DNA of 64,000 nt, from contig CM059432.1 of the NCBI GenBank assembly GCA_030390025.1, positions 67,086,001 through 67,150,000 on the forward strand. The letters are read 5' to 3'. The DNA is from Squalus acanthias. Lineage: Eukaryota. Positions 13,945 to 25,859 of the stretch are shown one piece after another. A model generated the notes under the pieces. It saw nothing but the letters and a program-made list of their open reading frames with translations, searched no databases and was not told the DNA's origin. Every line of letters starts with the position of its first letter. Positions within the stretch are counted from its first letter, which is position 1. The position numbers and the translations under genes were made by a program.

Positions 13945-14560
13945 AAATCATAGAAATTTACGGCAAAGGAGGCCGCCATTCGGCCCATTATGTTGGTGGC
14001 GGCCGAAAAAGAGCTATCCAGCCTAATCCCACTTTCCAGCTCTTGGTCCATAGCCTTGTAGGTTACAGCACTTCAAGTGCATATCCAAGTACTTTTTAAA
14101 TGTGAGGAGGGTTTCTGCTTTTAGCACCCTTTCAGGCAGTGCGTTCCAGACCCCCACCACCCTCTGGGTGAAAAAAGGTCTCCCCAACTTCCCTCTAATC
14201 CTTCTACCAATTACTTTAAATCTATGCCCCCTGGTTATTGACCTCTCTGCTAGGGGAAATAGGTCCTTCCTATCCACTCTATCTAGGCCCCTTACAATTT
14301 TATACACCTCAATTAAGACTCCCCTTAGCCTCCTTTGTTCCAAAGAAAACAACCCCAGCCTATCCAATCTTTCCCATAGCTAAAATTCTCCAGTCCTGGC
14401 AACACTCTCTTAAATCTCCTCTGTACCCTCTAGTGTAATCACATCTTTCCTGTAATGTGATGACCAGAACTGTACGCAGCTAATAAAGGAAAGTATCCCA
14501 TATGCCTTCTTAACCACCTTATCTACCTGTCCTGCTACCTTCAGGGATCTGTGGACATGC
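13945..14560 (-). mobile_element. CR1/HER1-type LINE 3' fragment
   Basis: ORF 14023-14367 RLGLFSLEQRRLRGVLIEVYKI...FFTQRVVGVWNALP (CR1 ORF2 C-terminus) plus atcatagaaat tail. Confidence 0.9.
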
Positions 14561-14758
14561 ATAAGTACATGCAGATAATAAATGATAATTATTACAATTC
14601 AGAGAATTCATAGATGTCATAAAATTCCAAGAGCAAAGTGATGATGTATGCATTATATCAATCTTTCAATTACTGCCGTTGAAACCAAATGCATACAGAA
14701 CAATTAAGTGACAAGTGTTACATTCTTTGCAGTGAAATACTATTGCCATGCGCAAGTA

Positions 14759-15743
14759 CAGTGAAACCTCTATTACCCACACTCAATTCTAATTCAGAAT
14801 TATATTGGAATGCAGCCTATTGCAAAATGCTACCTCATTGCACATTACTCTAATATCAATCTGATATTGTCAGATATCCAAAACAAATTAACTCATATTT
14901 ATATAGTACATTATCATGTTCTTAGGACACTACAAAGCTCTTCATATCCAATTAATTATTTATAAAATACTATAACTAGGCAAGCCCAAAATGTGCAATC
15001 TGTGTGCGTGCCACAGCAATCCAATCCTTCAAGCCTAGTCAACTCAGTCCTATGTGCGATTATATCTCTTATTTGCTGGTTTGTCCAGTTTAATTTTGAG
15101 TCTCAAGTTTGGAAAGGGCTAGTTTTAACACTGTTGCCTCATAGGTGAATACATTCTAATCAGCACACCAAGATCGGTTAGCATCAGTAACTTGAGAGCT
15201 ATGCAAATTAATGGGAACATGAATTTAAACTTGTGGCACCCAAGGCCTCGTGGTATACATGGACAATATATTGGACACCTCAAATGTAGGCAAATCTGCT
15301 CACAGAAATGCCCCACAAACAGCATGAGATGACTGCCCAGTTAATCTTTTTTTGAAGTTTTTGATTGAGGAAGAATTGTTGACTAGGACACAGGGAGAAC
15401 GCCCTGCTCTTGTTTGAATAGTGGAGAGGGTCTTTTACACCCACCTGAACAGGCATAGTTTAGTCAGAAAGGTGGCACCTTCTAGCATTCCCTCAGTACT
15501 GCATTGGAGCGTCAGCACAGATTATGTACTCAAGTCCTGGAGCAAGATTTAAAACCACAACCTGCGGACTCAGGAGAGCATGCTAAATTGACAAACAAAT
15601 CAACCAGACACCACAAGAAAGAACTAATTCAAATTTATGTTATTTGAATTATACTTATCTTCATTCTGTGCCTAGACTATTGCTGTGCCATACGTGCAAG
15701 ACCAAAATTTTGAGGTGTCAGTTCCATTATGGAGGTTTCACTG
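14759..15743. mobile_element. Tigger-like non-autonomous element (985 bp) containing a SINE fragment
   Basis: TA|CAGTGAAACCTC ... GAGGTTTCACTG|TA: perfect 12-bp TIR with TA flanks. Confidence 0.7.
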
Positions 15744-15805
15744 TATATCAAAGTATCTCCTACATGATTTTAGCCATACTTTACTAAACACGAACATCTA
15801 CTTAC

Positions 15806-15857
15806 TCTTTCTAAAATCATAATCCTATGTTTTTCCTCAGACATATGGATGGTTTCA
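15806..15857 (-). CDS. RB1CC1: RB1CC1 small coding exon (52 nt)
   Basis: tttattacag|T GAA ACC ATC CAT ATG TCT GAG GAA AAA CAT AGG ATT ATG ATT TTA GAA AGA|gtaagt = (R)ETIHMSEEKHRIMILER, versus human ENIHMLSEEKQRIMLLER. Phases fit both neighbours. Confidence 0.93.
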
Positions 15858-16729
15858 CTGTAATAAAGTAAACAGAGCTTTGATTAATGCATTGAAAAAA
15901 GGACATTCAAGTATAAATATTTCAATGCTTTCTCTAGCTAACAAATTTCAAAGAGCTCCAGATAAACAATCAGCAACAAATTTTGCACTGTAGTAGGTAC
16001 ACTCATTGAGGCAGTGTTGAAGTCTTCTCTACACCATCCCCCCACCACTCCCAAATGTACAATTCCTCAAGAAGGCAGATGGGCCTGAGCCATCGGGCTT
16101 CTTAAATTCAGGATAAGTGGGGACAGGGGGGGCGGGGGGGGAGAGGAGAAAGAAAGGGATAAAGAGATGGTCTTGGTCTGAAAAAAAGTCTAAGCAACCT
16201 TGTTTTTTTTTTAAATCAAGCTATTTGGATTGCAAAGGCTATCTAATGGATGTTTATGCTTAGCTCAAGATGTTACAGTGGGTCAAGTAGAATGGTCCAT
16301 TATCTTACCTACATGTTCCTAAAAGGTGGAAAAAGTACATTGTACACTCAAAAATCCACTTTGATAATCTTTGGAAATAATAGATGCAAGATTATGCGAC
16401 TAAAAAGACAGAAAAAGTTGGCTACTCTTACAAATAGGCTTAATTTTGAACACAAAAATACAGCATTCATACAACGGAATCAATGAGAGTTCCAAAGTGA
16501 GACACGAGAAATGGAAATTTCCAATTATAAATGAAATTGTGACCAATTTTGGAATGCATTTAGAATGAGGTTGAGGAACCAACTACCCATCGTGTCATAT
16601 TTAATACAGTGGGGCATCAAGAGGTGTTTTTGTCCTTTTTTGGAATTAGTGACTATCCCTTTACATGACGAGTCACAGTGCAGTTTTGTCCATTAGAGGC
16701 AAATGGGAAATAATTAAAATTGAAACAAC

Positions 16730-17321
16730 GGCCCAAAAATTGCTGCGCCAGGCCAACGCCCAGTACCCGCTGTTAGTTAGACTTACCCGTACCTGTTTAA
16801 TGTCGACGCTATTTTGCCCTGCAAGCTGCTGGAAGTGTGAGATGGAAAGGGCATAGCGCCCTCTACAAGGCATCTGGGATCGGAGTGAACAGGGCAAGTA
16901 ACTGTACCTCCTTAACCAAATCAGATTGAAGGATTGTGAAAGGAACAGCGCAAGGTCTAAACAAGGAAGTGCAAGTTAGAATGGTGAATTAAATGTCAAA
17001 TCAGGTACAGAAAAAGAAAGATGGAAAGAAAGACTGAATTAAGAGAGAGAGAAAAAAGACAAAGATTTTTTTTTTTTAAATTGCCAACAATTAAAACCTG
17101 AAGGAATGATATTCCACACTTGTAATAGTTAAGTTTCAGTGCCAGAAAGGGTGACGAAAGATCACAAAGCTAATGACGGAGCAGTGCCTCTCGGACAGCA
17201 ACTTTTGGATTTCCGCGTTTCACGGAGCATCTGCCCTCGCCTGAAGTTGCTGTGGCATTTGCACATAAATAACTTTGAGTACTATTAGCCTCGCCGTTAT
17301 TTTGACAGCAATTTTTGGGCC
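16730..17321. mobile_element. Non-autonomous TIR element (Harbinger/PHIS-like), related to copy A, inverted
   Basis: Perfect 16-bp TIR GGCCCAAAAATTGCTG / CAGCAATTTTTGGGCC; flanks AAC / AAT. Confidence 0.8.
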
Positions 17322-17765
17322 AATATTGTTCCTCTATTATTTTTGAAGACTGGGATGAGATCTAAAAACGACAAAAAATAAGTCTAGCAGCTAAAAGCAA
17401 TTACCAGACGTTGTTTGCGGTTTATTTGCCTGGGCATATTACCAAAATGCAAGTATAGACCGGCACCAAGATAAGGGCAATAGGATATACTTTATATTAG
17501 TAGTTTCTTCCCTGCATGCGGAATTGCAGGATTTTCTTGATTTATTGTTGGATTGTCACACAGATAAACACCCAGTCACAGCCAGGTAATTTCTTCTGCA
17601 AAATGACAATATTTTGAGCTATTTTGAACTTAAAAAGTCTTTTTAGTAGCAGTAGGTATTAGTATAAAGAAAACCAGTGAGGTTTTGGGGACTAATTTGC
17701 TTACGTGACTGAATAAAGCTTGCTCTGTGGCATCCAAATTAAATTAACTACTGCAGGTTTATCAA

Positions 17766-20700
17766 GACACTGTAGCGTAGTGGTAATGTCACTGGGCTAG
17801 TAATCCAGAGGCCTGGACTAATGATCCAGAGATGAGTTCAAATCTCACCACGGCAGCTGGGGAATTTAAATTCAGTTAATTAAATAAATCTGGAATAAAA
17901 AGCTAGTATCAGTAATCGGATTGTTGTAAAAACCCCATCTGGTTCACTAATGTCCTTAAGGGAAGGAAATCTGCCGTCCTTACCTGGTCTGGCCTATATG
18001 TGACTCCAGACCCACAGCAATGTGGTGGACTCTTAAGTGCCCTCTGAAATGGCCTAGCAAGCCGCTAGTAACAAACCGCTACAAAACACAATAAGAAGAA
18101 TGAAACCGGATGGACCACTCGGCACCGGCTATGGACACGGCAATGGCACACCCAGCCCAGCAAAGTCCTCCTCACCATCACCTGGGGACTTGTGCCAAAA
18201 TTGGGGGAGCTGTCCCACAGACCAGTCAAGACAGTCATACTCACAGAATCATACCTTTCAGCCAATGTCCTCCATCACCATGGGTGGCAGCACAGTGGTA
18301 TACAGTTGGGAAGGAGGCCATTGATTCCAGACCCCATGAAGTCTCATGGCTTCAGGTCAAGCATGGGCAAGGAAACCTCCTGCTGATTACTACCTACCGC
18401 CCTCCCTCAGCTGATGAATCAGTACTCCTCCATGGTGAACACCACTTGGAAGAAGCACTGAGAGTAGCAAGGGCGGGGGACTTCAGTGTCCATCACCAAG
18501 AGTGGCTCGGTAGCACCACTACTGACTGAGCTGGCAGAGTCCTGAAGGACATAACTGCCATTCTGGGCCTGCTACAGGTGGTGAGAACACCAACTCGAGG
18601 GGGAAAAACCTACTTGACCTCGTCCTTACCAATCTACCTGTTGCAGATGCATCTGTCCATGACAGTATTGGTAGCAGTGATTGCGGAGACGAAGTCGTGT
18701 CTTCACACTGAGGACACCCTCCATCGTGTTGTGTGGCACTACGACCGTGCTAAATGGAATAGATTCAGAACAGATCTAGCAGCTCAAAACTGGGTATCCA
18801 TGAGGCGCTGTGGGCCATCAGCAGCAGCAAAATTGTATTCCACCACAATCTGTAACCTCATGGCCTGGCATATCCCTCACTCTACCATTACCACCAACCC
18901 TGGTCCAATAAGGAGTGTAGAAGAGCATGCCAGGAGCAGCACCAGGCGTACCTAAAAATGAGGTGCCAACCTGGGGTAGCTGCATGCTATAGACAGGGAT
19001 AAGCGATCCCACAATCAACGGATCAGATCAAAGCTCTGCAGTCCTGGCACATCCTGTGGTGAATGGTGGTGGAGGAGGAGGCTCCATGAATATCCCCATC
19101 CTCAATGATGGTGGATCCCAGCACTTAATGCAAAAGACAAGGCTGAAGCGTTTGCAATCATCTTCAGCCAGAAGTGCCGAGTGGATGATCCTTGTCGACC
19201 TACTCCTGAGGTCCCCACCATCACAGAAGCCAGTCTTCAGCCAATTCAATTCACGTGATATCAAGAAACGGCTGAGTGCACTGGATACAGCAAAGGCTAT
19301 GGGCCCTGACACCATCCCGGCTATCGTGCTGAAGACTTGCGCTCCAGAACTAGACGCGTCTCTAGCCAAGCTGTTCCAGTACAGCTACAACACTGGCATC
19401 TATCCGACAATGTAGAAAATTGCCCAGGTATGTCTTGTCCACAAAAAGCAGGACAAATCCAACTCGGCCAATTGCCGCCCCATCAGTCTACTCTCAATCA
19501 TCAGCAAAGTGATGGAAGGTGTCATTGACAGTGCTATCAAGCGGCACTTACTCACCAATAACCTGCTCACTGATGCCCAGTTTGGGTTCTGCAAAGACCA
19601 CTCAGCTCCCGACTTCATTACTGCCTTGGTTCAAACATGGACAAAGGAGCTGAATTCCAGAGGTGAGGAGAGAGCCATCAAGGCAGCATTTGACCGAGTG
19701 TGGCATCAAAGAGCCCTAGTAAAACTGAAGTCAATGGGAATCGGGTGGGGGGTGGGGGGAAACGCTCCACTTGCTGGAGTCATACCTAGCACAAAAGAAG
19801 ATGGTTCTGGTGGTTGAAGGTCAATCATCACAGCCCCAGGACATCGCTGCAGGAGTTCCTCAGGGCAGTGTCCGAGGCCCAACCATCTTCAGTTGCTTCA
19901 TCAATGACCTTCCCTCCAACATAAGGCCAGAAATGGGGATGTTTGCTGATGACTGCACACTGTTCAACGCCATTCACAACTCCTCAGATAATGAAGCAAT
20001 ACATGCCTACATGCAACAAGACCTGGACGACGTTCAGGCTTGGGCTGATAAGTGGCAGGTAACATTCACGCCACAGAAGTGCCAGGCAATGACTATCTCG
20101 AACAAGCGAGAGTCTCACCACCTCCCCTTGACATTCAACGGCATTACCATTGCAAATCTCCCACCATCAACATCCTGGGGGGGGCGGGGGGTCACCATTG
20201 ACCAGAGACTTAACTGGACCAGCCACACAAATACTGTGGCAACAAGAGCCAGTCAGAAGCTAGGTATTCTGCGGCGAGTGTCTCACCTCCTGACTCCCCA
20301 AAGCCTTTCCACCATCTACAAGGCACAAGTAAGGAGTGTGATGGAATACTCTCCACTTGCCTGGATGAGTGCAGCTCCAACAACACTCAAGAAGCTCGAC
20401 ACCATCCAGGACAAAGCAGCCCGCTTGATTGGCACCCCATCCACCACCTTAAACATTCACTCCCTCCACCACCGGCGTACCGTAGTTGCAGTGTGTACCA
20501 TCTACAAGATGCACTGCAGCAACTCGCCAAGGCTTCTTCGGCAGCACCTCCCAAACCTGCAACTTCTTCCACCTAGGTCAAGGGCAGCAGGCGCATGGAA
20601 ACACCACCACCTCCAAGTTCTCCTCCAAGTCACACACCATCCTGACTTAGAAGTAGATTGCTGATCTTTCATCGTCGCTGGGTCAAAATCCTGGAACTCC

Positions 20701-20852
20701 GTACCTAACAGCACTGTGGGAGTACCTTCACCACACGGACTGCAGCGGTTCAAGATGGCGGCTCACCACCACCTTCTCAAGGGCAATTAGGGATGGGCAA
20801 TAAATGCTGGTCTTGCCAGCAACGCCCACATCCCATAAACGAATAAAAAAAA
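17766..20852 (+). mobile_element. Near full-length CR1/L2-group LINE (APE + RT, frameshifted) with a tRNA-like 5' head
   Basis: A box 17773-17783, B box about 17835-17845; APE motifs (KLGELSHR..VILTESYL, TTYRPPS, GDFSVHH); RT motifs (KAMGPDTIP, QFGF, AFDRVWH, GVPQGSV, MFADD); 3' tail gggcaattagggatgggcaataaatgctgg...cacatcccataaacgaataaaaaaaa. Confidence 0.88.
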
Positions 20853-22068
20853 GACTATTCCAGTAAATCCCAATTTGTTGCAGCAAAAGTAGTCTGCATG
20901 TAGTTCTCTTCCAATGGTAAAGATGATTTTTCTGACAATTGCTTGGGCAATCTTGACTGTAAACCACCAGGCAGGAAATAGAACTTTCTCTCAGACTCCT
21001 TAACTGAGAAACTGTCTTATGAGTCTAAAGTAATCTAGAAGTAGAGAGTTTGTATACTGGAGAGCTATTCTGCCATATTTTCCACCACTTGAAAGGCAAC
21101 ACTGTTGTCAGCTACTGGCAGAATGTAAAGCTCTCCAAGGTGATTGTGTCGATCCTGTAATGTCAGTTCACAACTGTGGAACAAAAATAGGCCAGGTTTG
21201 CCACTTTCCAGGACGAAAATAAAGCAAATTCTGGAAAGTCAGTGGGAGTTAGAGTTAGGAAAAAAATAACTGCATGCCTGAGACAGGACCGAAAAGAGTG
21301 AGATACCCAGAGTGGACTTGGTCATGGGCAACCTCCTCCTTCCCTGGCATTTAGTACCGAAAATCCAATTTCCTCTGAGAAACTGCGGGATCAGGTTCAT
21401 CTCTTGAACATTCAAAAGGGTTTTGGGGTCATTGGTGACAACAGGGATCGACAAAGATATGCTCCCTAACTCTTGAATGATATAATCCACTAAAGCAAAT
21501 GTTTGGTACTCCTGAATGGTATTAACCAAAGAAAGTAGGTGGTAGCACAGCATAGGGTAAACATGTCTATAAGCATACAAGAATGAGTTAAATTCCATAC
21601 CGAAGGAAAAAAGCAAGTAAGAAAAGAACCTATCTAGAGCTGGTTTCATTTCCTCAGGTGATGTCATCGTCCAGAAATAGGGAAAATTAAGGAATGAGCC
21701 ACAATTAAGTCTTCAAATGCCAAATATCATTTTCTGGACAAAAGGGCAAGCAGATTACTTGCTCCTAGGCTTCTGCTTACAGTGCCTCTAAACTGTCATT
21801 AAAATATCTCTGAAGTGAGTCCAGGTTGAGTTGATGACCACATTTCTTCCATTGCTATGGAGAAGGGACTCTTCTGCTTGGTTCATCTCCCAGGAGCACA
21901 TCTAAAATAGATAACTCATCACTTTGGGAAATGTGCATTGGTATAATCATACAATTATTGGTTTCATGCAACTGCAAAGCATCATTTCTCTTAAACCAAA
22001 ATAACTGAAATGAAGTGCTTTTTAACCACCTTAACTGTAAAAAAAATACAGTTAAGGTGGCTACTTAC

Positions 22069-22324
22069 CGTACAGTCGTGGTGCTTGCCTCCATTGCGGA
22101 GTCTATTCTTCCATCCTCCATTACTGCAGTAACAGATACAAGTCTTTCCGAGTCAAATGGAATGTCAGGCCCAGAAGCAGCAGAAGCCTCAGCTCCAGAA
22201 GGTCCAGGTGATGAAAAGGCAGAACAAACCAGTAGATTACTTTGTAACCTGTTGAGTTCCTCATCAAGCTTTTTCTTTTCTTGTAGCAAAGTAGCTCTGT
22301 CTGCAGAGAGGGTTTCTATCAAAA
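22069..22324 (-). CDS. RB1CC1: RB1CC1 coding exon (256 nt)
   Basis: tgtgtgttcag|TT TTG ATA GAA ... ACT GTA CG|gtaagt. LIETLSADRATLLQEKKKLDEELNRL...DGRIDSAMEAS matches human LIESLSEDRARLLEEKKKLEEEV...EGRVDSAMETS. Phase 1 in, phase 2 out. Confidence 0.95.
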
Positions 22325-22496
22325 CTGAACACACAATAAATGCACTTAGAATTACGCACGTTAACACAAGATTCCATCTATCCAAAGCAACAAATATTAG
22401 TACTACATTGTTCATCATAACATGTAATGATGAGAGTTTGACAGCAGCTAACTACTTAGCTTCACAGAGACTGACTTCAACTAAGTAAGAATTAAT

Positions 22497-23160
22497 GGGG
22501 GAAAAATTTGGTTATTTTGCACCTCCCGATAGCACCCTAAAGGGCGTTAACGGGGCACAAAGCAACTAGCACCCGGGCACGGTGCCGCAAACGCTTCCCG
22601 CGGGAGGATAGCGGCGACGGTAACCGTTAGCTCCCTACGGTGCTGGCGATGAAGTCATCGCCGTGTGCAGCGCCCCGGCCACGATCTTCGGTAGCAACCC
22701 CTGACTTACCGCCGGACGCTATGTCCGACAGGGTCGGGGGGGGGGGGCCTACCTGCGGCCGGGGCAGCTCTAATTAAAAGCAAGGTGCCGGGCGGCCATT
22801 GTTGTTGCTGGCCACCTGCCAGCACCCGCCCCGGCCTCCTGACCAGTCCCCCCGCCCCGCGGAGTGCCGGCTGCTCTCCATGAGCCGGGCACTTGAGTGC
22901 CGGGCTCCTTTGCCGGCACTCCGATCCCGGGTGGCCCAGCTGGGCACCGGGTCACGCTGCACAATGCTCCTTCCCTTTAAGAAGGGGAGGAAGGCCTGCA
23001 GTACCGCGGCGCGACGTGCCGCGATATTCCCTCGCAGCGCCCCAAGAGGGAGGCCCTCTTGGGGCGCTATCGATGAATTTCGGCCGCGGGGGCGTTAATT
23101 TTTTCGGGGTGCTACGGCCAAGTTAGCACCCCAAAGGGGGCGCGACTCTATTTCCCCCCC
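22497..23160. mobile_element. GC/CpG-rich TIR element (Harbinger/PHIS-like MITE)
   Basis: AAT|GGGGGAAAAAT ... ATTTCCCCCCC|AAT, with a sharp GC/CpG step relative to AT-rich flanks and internal gggcgttaa/tagcaccc repeats near both ends. Confidence 0.7.
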
Positions 23161-23330
23161 AATCTCTTTAAATTAGTAATGCAACACATAATTGGGTATC
23201 AGATAAACATATCTGATGTCACCATGTGTGAACATAGATGTGCACGAGAATACAGTACTAAAAAAATTCCTCCACTATTTTAGTACTGTACTGTGTACAG
23301 TGTCATCATATATACATAGATCAATGAATA

Positions 23331-25158
23331 AAGGAAAATCCCAAGGTGTTTTATAAGTATATTAAGGGCAAGAGGATAACCAGGGAAAGAGTAGGGCCCA
23401 TTAGGGACCAAAGTGGCAATCTGTGTGTAGAGCCGGAAGATGTAGGTGAGGTTTTAAATGAATATTTTGCACCTGTGTTCACTATGGAGAAGGACGATGT
23501 AGGCATAGAAATCAGGCAGGGGGCTTGTGATATACTTGAACAAATTAGTATTGAGAGGGAGGAGGTACTAGCGGTTTTAGTGAGCTTAAAAGTGGATAAA
23601 TCCCCAGGCCCAGACGAGATGTATCCCAGGCTGCTGTGTGAGGCAAGGGAGGAGATTGCAGGGGCTCTGACACAAATTTTCAGAACCTCTGGCCACAAGG
23701 GAGGTGCCAGAGGACTGGAGGACAGCTAACATAATACCATTATTCAAGAAGGGTAGTAGGGATAAACCAGGGAATTACAGGCCAGTGAGCCTAACATCAG
23801 TGGTAGGGAAATTATTGGAAAAAATTCTGAGGGACAGAATTAGTCTCCACTTGGAGAGGCAAGGATTAATCAAGGATAGTCAGCATGGCTGTGTCAGGGG
23901 GAGATCATGTCTAACCAATTTGATTGAATTTTGAGAGGGGGTGACTAGGTGTGTGGATGAGGGTAGTGCAGTTGATGTAGTCTACATGGACTTCAGTAAG
24001 GCTTTTGACAAAGTCCCACATGGGAGACTGGTCAAGGTGGTAAGAGCCCATGGGATCCAGGGCAATTTGGCACATTGGATCCAAAATTGGCTTAGTGGCA
24101 GGAGGCAGAGGGTGATGGTCGAAGGTTGTTTTTGTGACTAGAAGCCTGTGTCCAGTGGTGTACCGCAGGGATCGGTGCTGGGTCCTTTGCTGTTTGTAGT
24201 GTACATTAATGATTTAGATATGAATGTAGGAGGTATGATCAGTAAGTTCGCAGATGACACGAAAATTGGAGGAGTGGTAAATAGCGAGGAGGGAAGCCTC
24301 AGGCTACAGGACGATATAGACGGGTTGGTCAGATGGGCAGAACAGTGGCAAATGGAATTTAACCCTGAAAAGTGTGAGGTGATGCATTTTGGGAGGACCA
24401 ACAAGGCAAGGGAATACACAATGAATGGTAGGATCCTAGGAAGGACAGAGGATCAGAGGACCCTGGTGTGCATATACATAGACCCCTGAAGACAGCAGGA
24501 CAGGTAGATAAGGTGGTTAAAAAGGCATATGGGATACTTATATTCTATGCCTCGGCTAATGAAGGCAAGAGCAGGGAGGTTATGATGGAGCTGTACAAAA
24601 CGCTAGTTAGGCCACAGCTGGAATACTGTGTGCAGTTCTGGTCACCACACTATAGGAAGGATGTGATTGCATTGGAGAGGGTGCAGAGGAGATTCACCAG
24701 GATGTTACCTGGGCTGCAGCGCTTCAGCTATGAAGAGAGACTGGACAGGCTGGGGTTGTTTTCCTTAAAGCAAAGAGGGCTGAGGGGGGACCTGATTGAG
24801 GTGTACAAAATTATGAGGGGCATAGATAGGGTAGATAGAAAGGAACTTTTCCCTTTAGTAGAGGGATCAATAACCAGGAGGCATAGTTTCAAGGTAAGGG
24901 GCAGGAGGTTTAGAGGGGATTTGAGGAAAACTTTTCCACCCAGAGGGTGGTTGGAATCTGGAACTCACTGCCTGAAAGGGTGGTAGAGGCAGGAACCCTC
25001 AACATTCAAGAAGCATTTAGATGAGCACTTGAAACGCCATAGCATACAAGGCTACGGACCAAGTGCTGGAAAATGGGATTAGAATAGATAGGGCTTGATG
25101 GCCGGCGCGGACACAATGGGCCGAAGGGCCTCTTTCTGTGCTGTATAAATCTATGACT
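23331..25158 (+). mobile_element. CR1/HER1-type LINE, 5'-truncated, RT broken by frameshifts and stops
   Basis: ORF pieces KSPGPDEMYPR, NYRPVSLTSVVGK, DFSKAFDKVPH, GVPQGSVLGP, KFADDTK, RPQLEYCVQFW; ctatgactat tail; possible TSD ATGAATA (23324-23330 / 25159-25165). Confidence 0.93.
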
Positions 25159-25859
25159 ATGAATACATTTAAACCAATTTTACAAGCCAATATTTGAAAC
25201 CCATTAAGATCATTCAGGACAAGACTACTTTTAATGACAAAAAGTATTCAAATATCGAACACTAGTGTGTCATTAGTTGGCAATTAATGTAATCCAATAC
25301 TTTAGCATGCATGTTACCTAATATTTACAACAGTACTCCCAGCCATGATTCAGTTTAGTGAAAATCTAATAAAATGCTATGCAGACAACAGCTTAGGATA
25401 TGGTCTGATGAAGCATAAGGAAAATCAAGTAGTTACAAATTTCATACATTTACTGAAAGCAAAATCATCCAAGTTATAACATTCTGCTTACAGTTACCCT
25501 TTTAAGAGTGCTCGAAGGTCTGATGTAACAGAATGCAGGTTCTACTCATTCCAACACTATAGATACCATGGGCATATTTTTCTCTCTGCACCTGTGAGCA
25601 ATGAATAGAGGAAAGTTGGACAGGCTTTCCTCGCATGATTTTCTTCTATGCCCTTTGCCCCGGTAATCCTTAATGCCAGAGTTTAGGAAAGGAAAACATG
25701 CCCCACTGAATGTTGATTGGTAACCAAGGCGGAGAGGAGCAAGTCATTTATCAATTTTGATTACTGGTGATAAAAATCTTTTGTGCTACTACTAATGGAT
25801 CTCTTATGGCATTGGTTGCTGTAATCGGGTGATATGATAGCAAAGTAAAGTTGTGTGTT

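Noticed and set aside
17766..17850. Functional tRNA gene (also 57760-57830 and 45110-45170)
   Set aside because: A and B boxes are present but there is no complete cloverleaf or terminator; these are retroelement heads.
19771..20664. 297-aa and 251-aa (28386-29141) RT-like ORFs as host genes or active retroelements
   Set aside because: They are fragments of frameshifted, stop-containing LINE copies; no intact ORF2 exists in the window.
22015..22488. 157-aa plus-strand ORF, and the plus-strand ORFs at 46598-48046
   Set aside because: Antisense shadows of RB1CC1 exons; no independent coding evidence.
22770..23126. Overlapping Ala/Arg/Pro/Gly-rich ORFs
   Set aside because: Expected from stop-codon scarcity in a GC-rich non-autonomous element.
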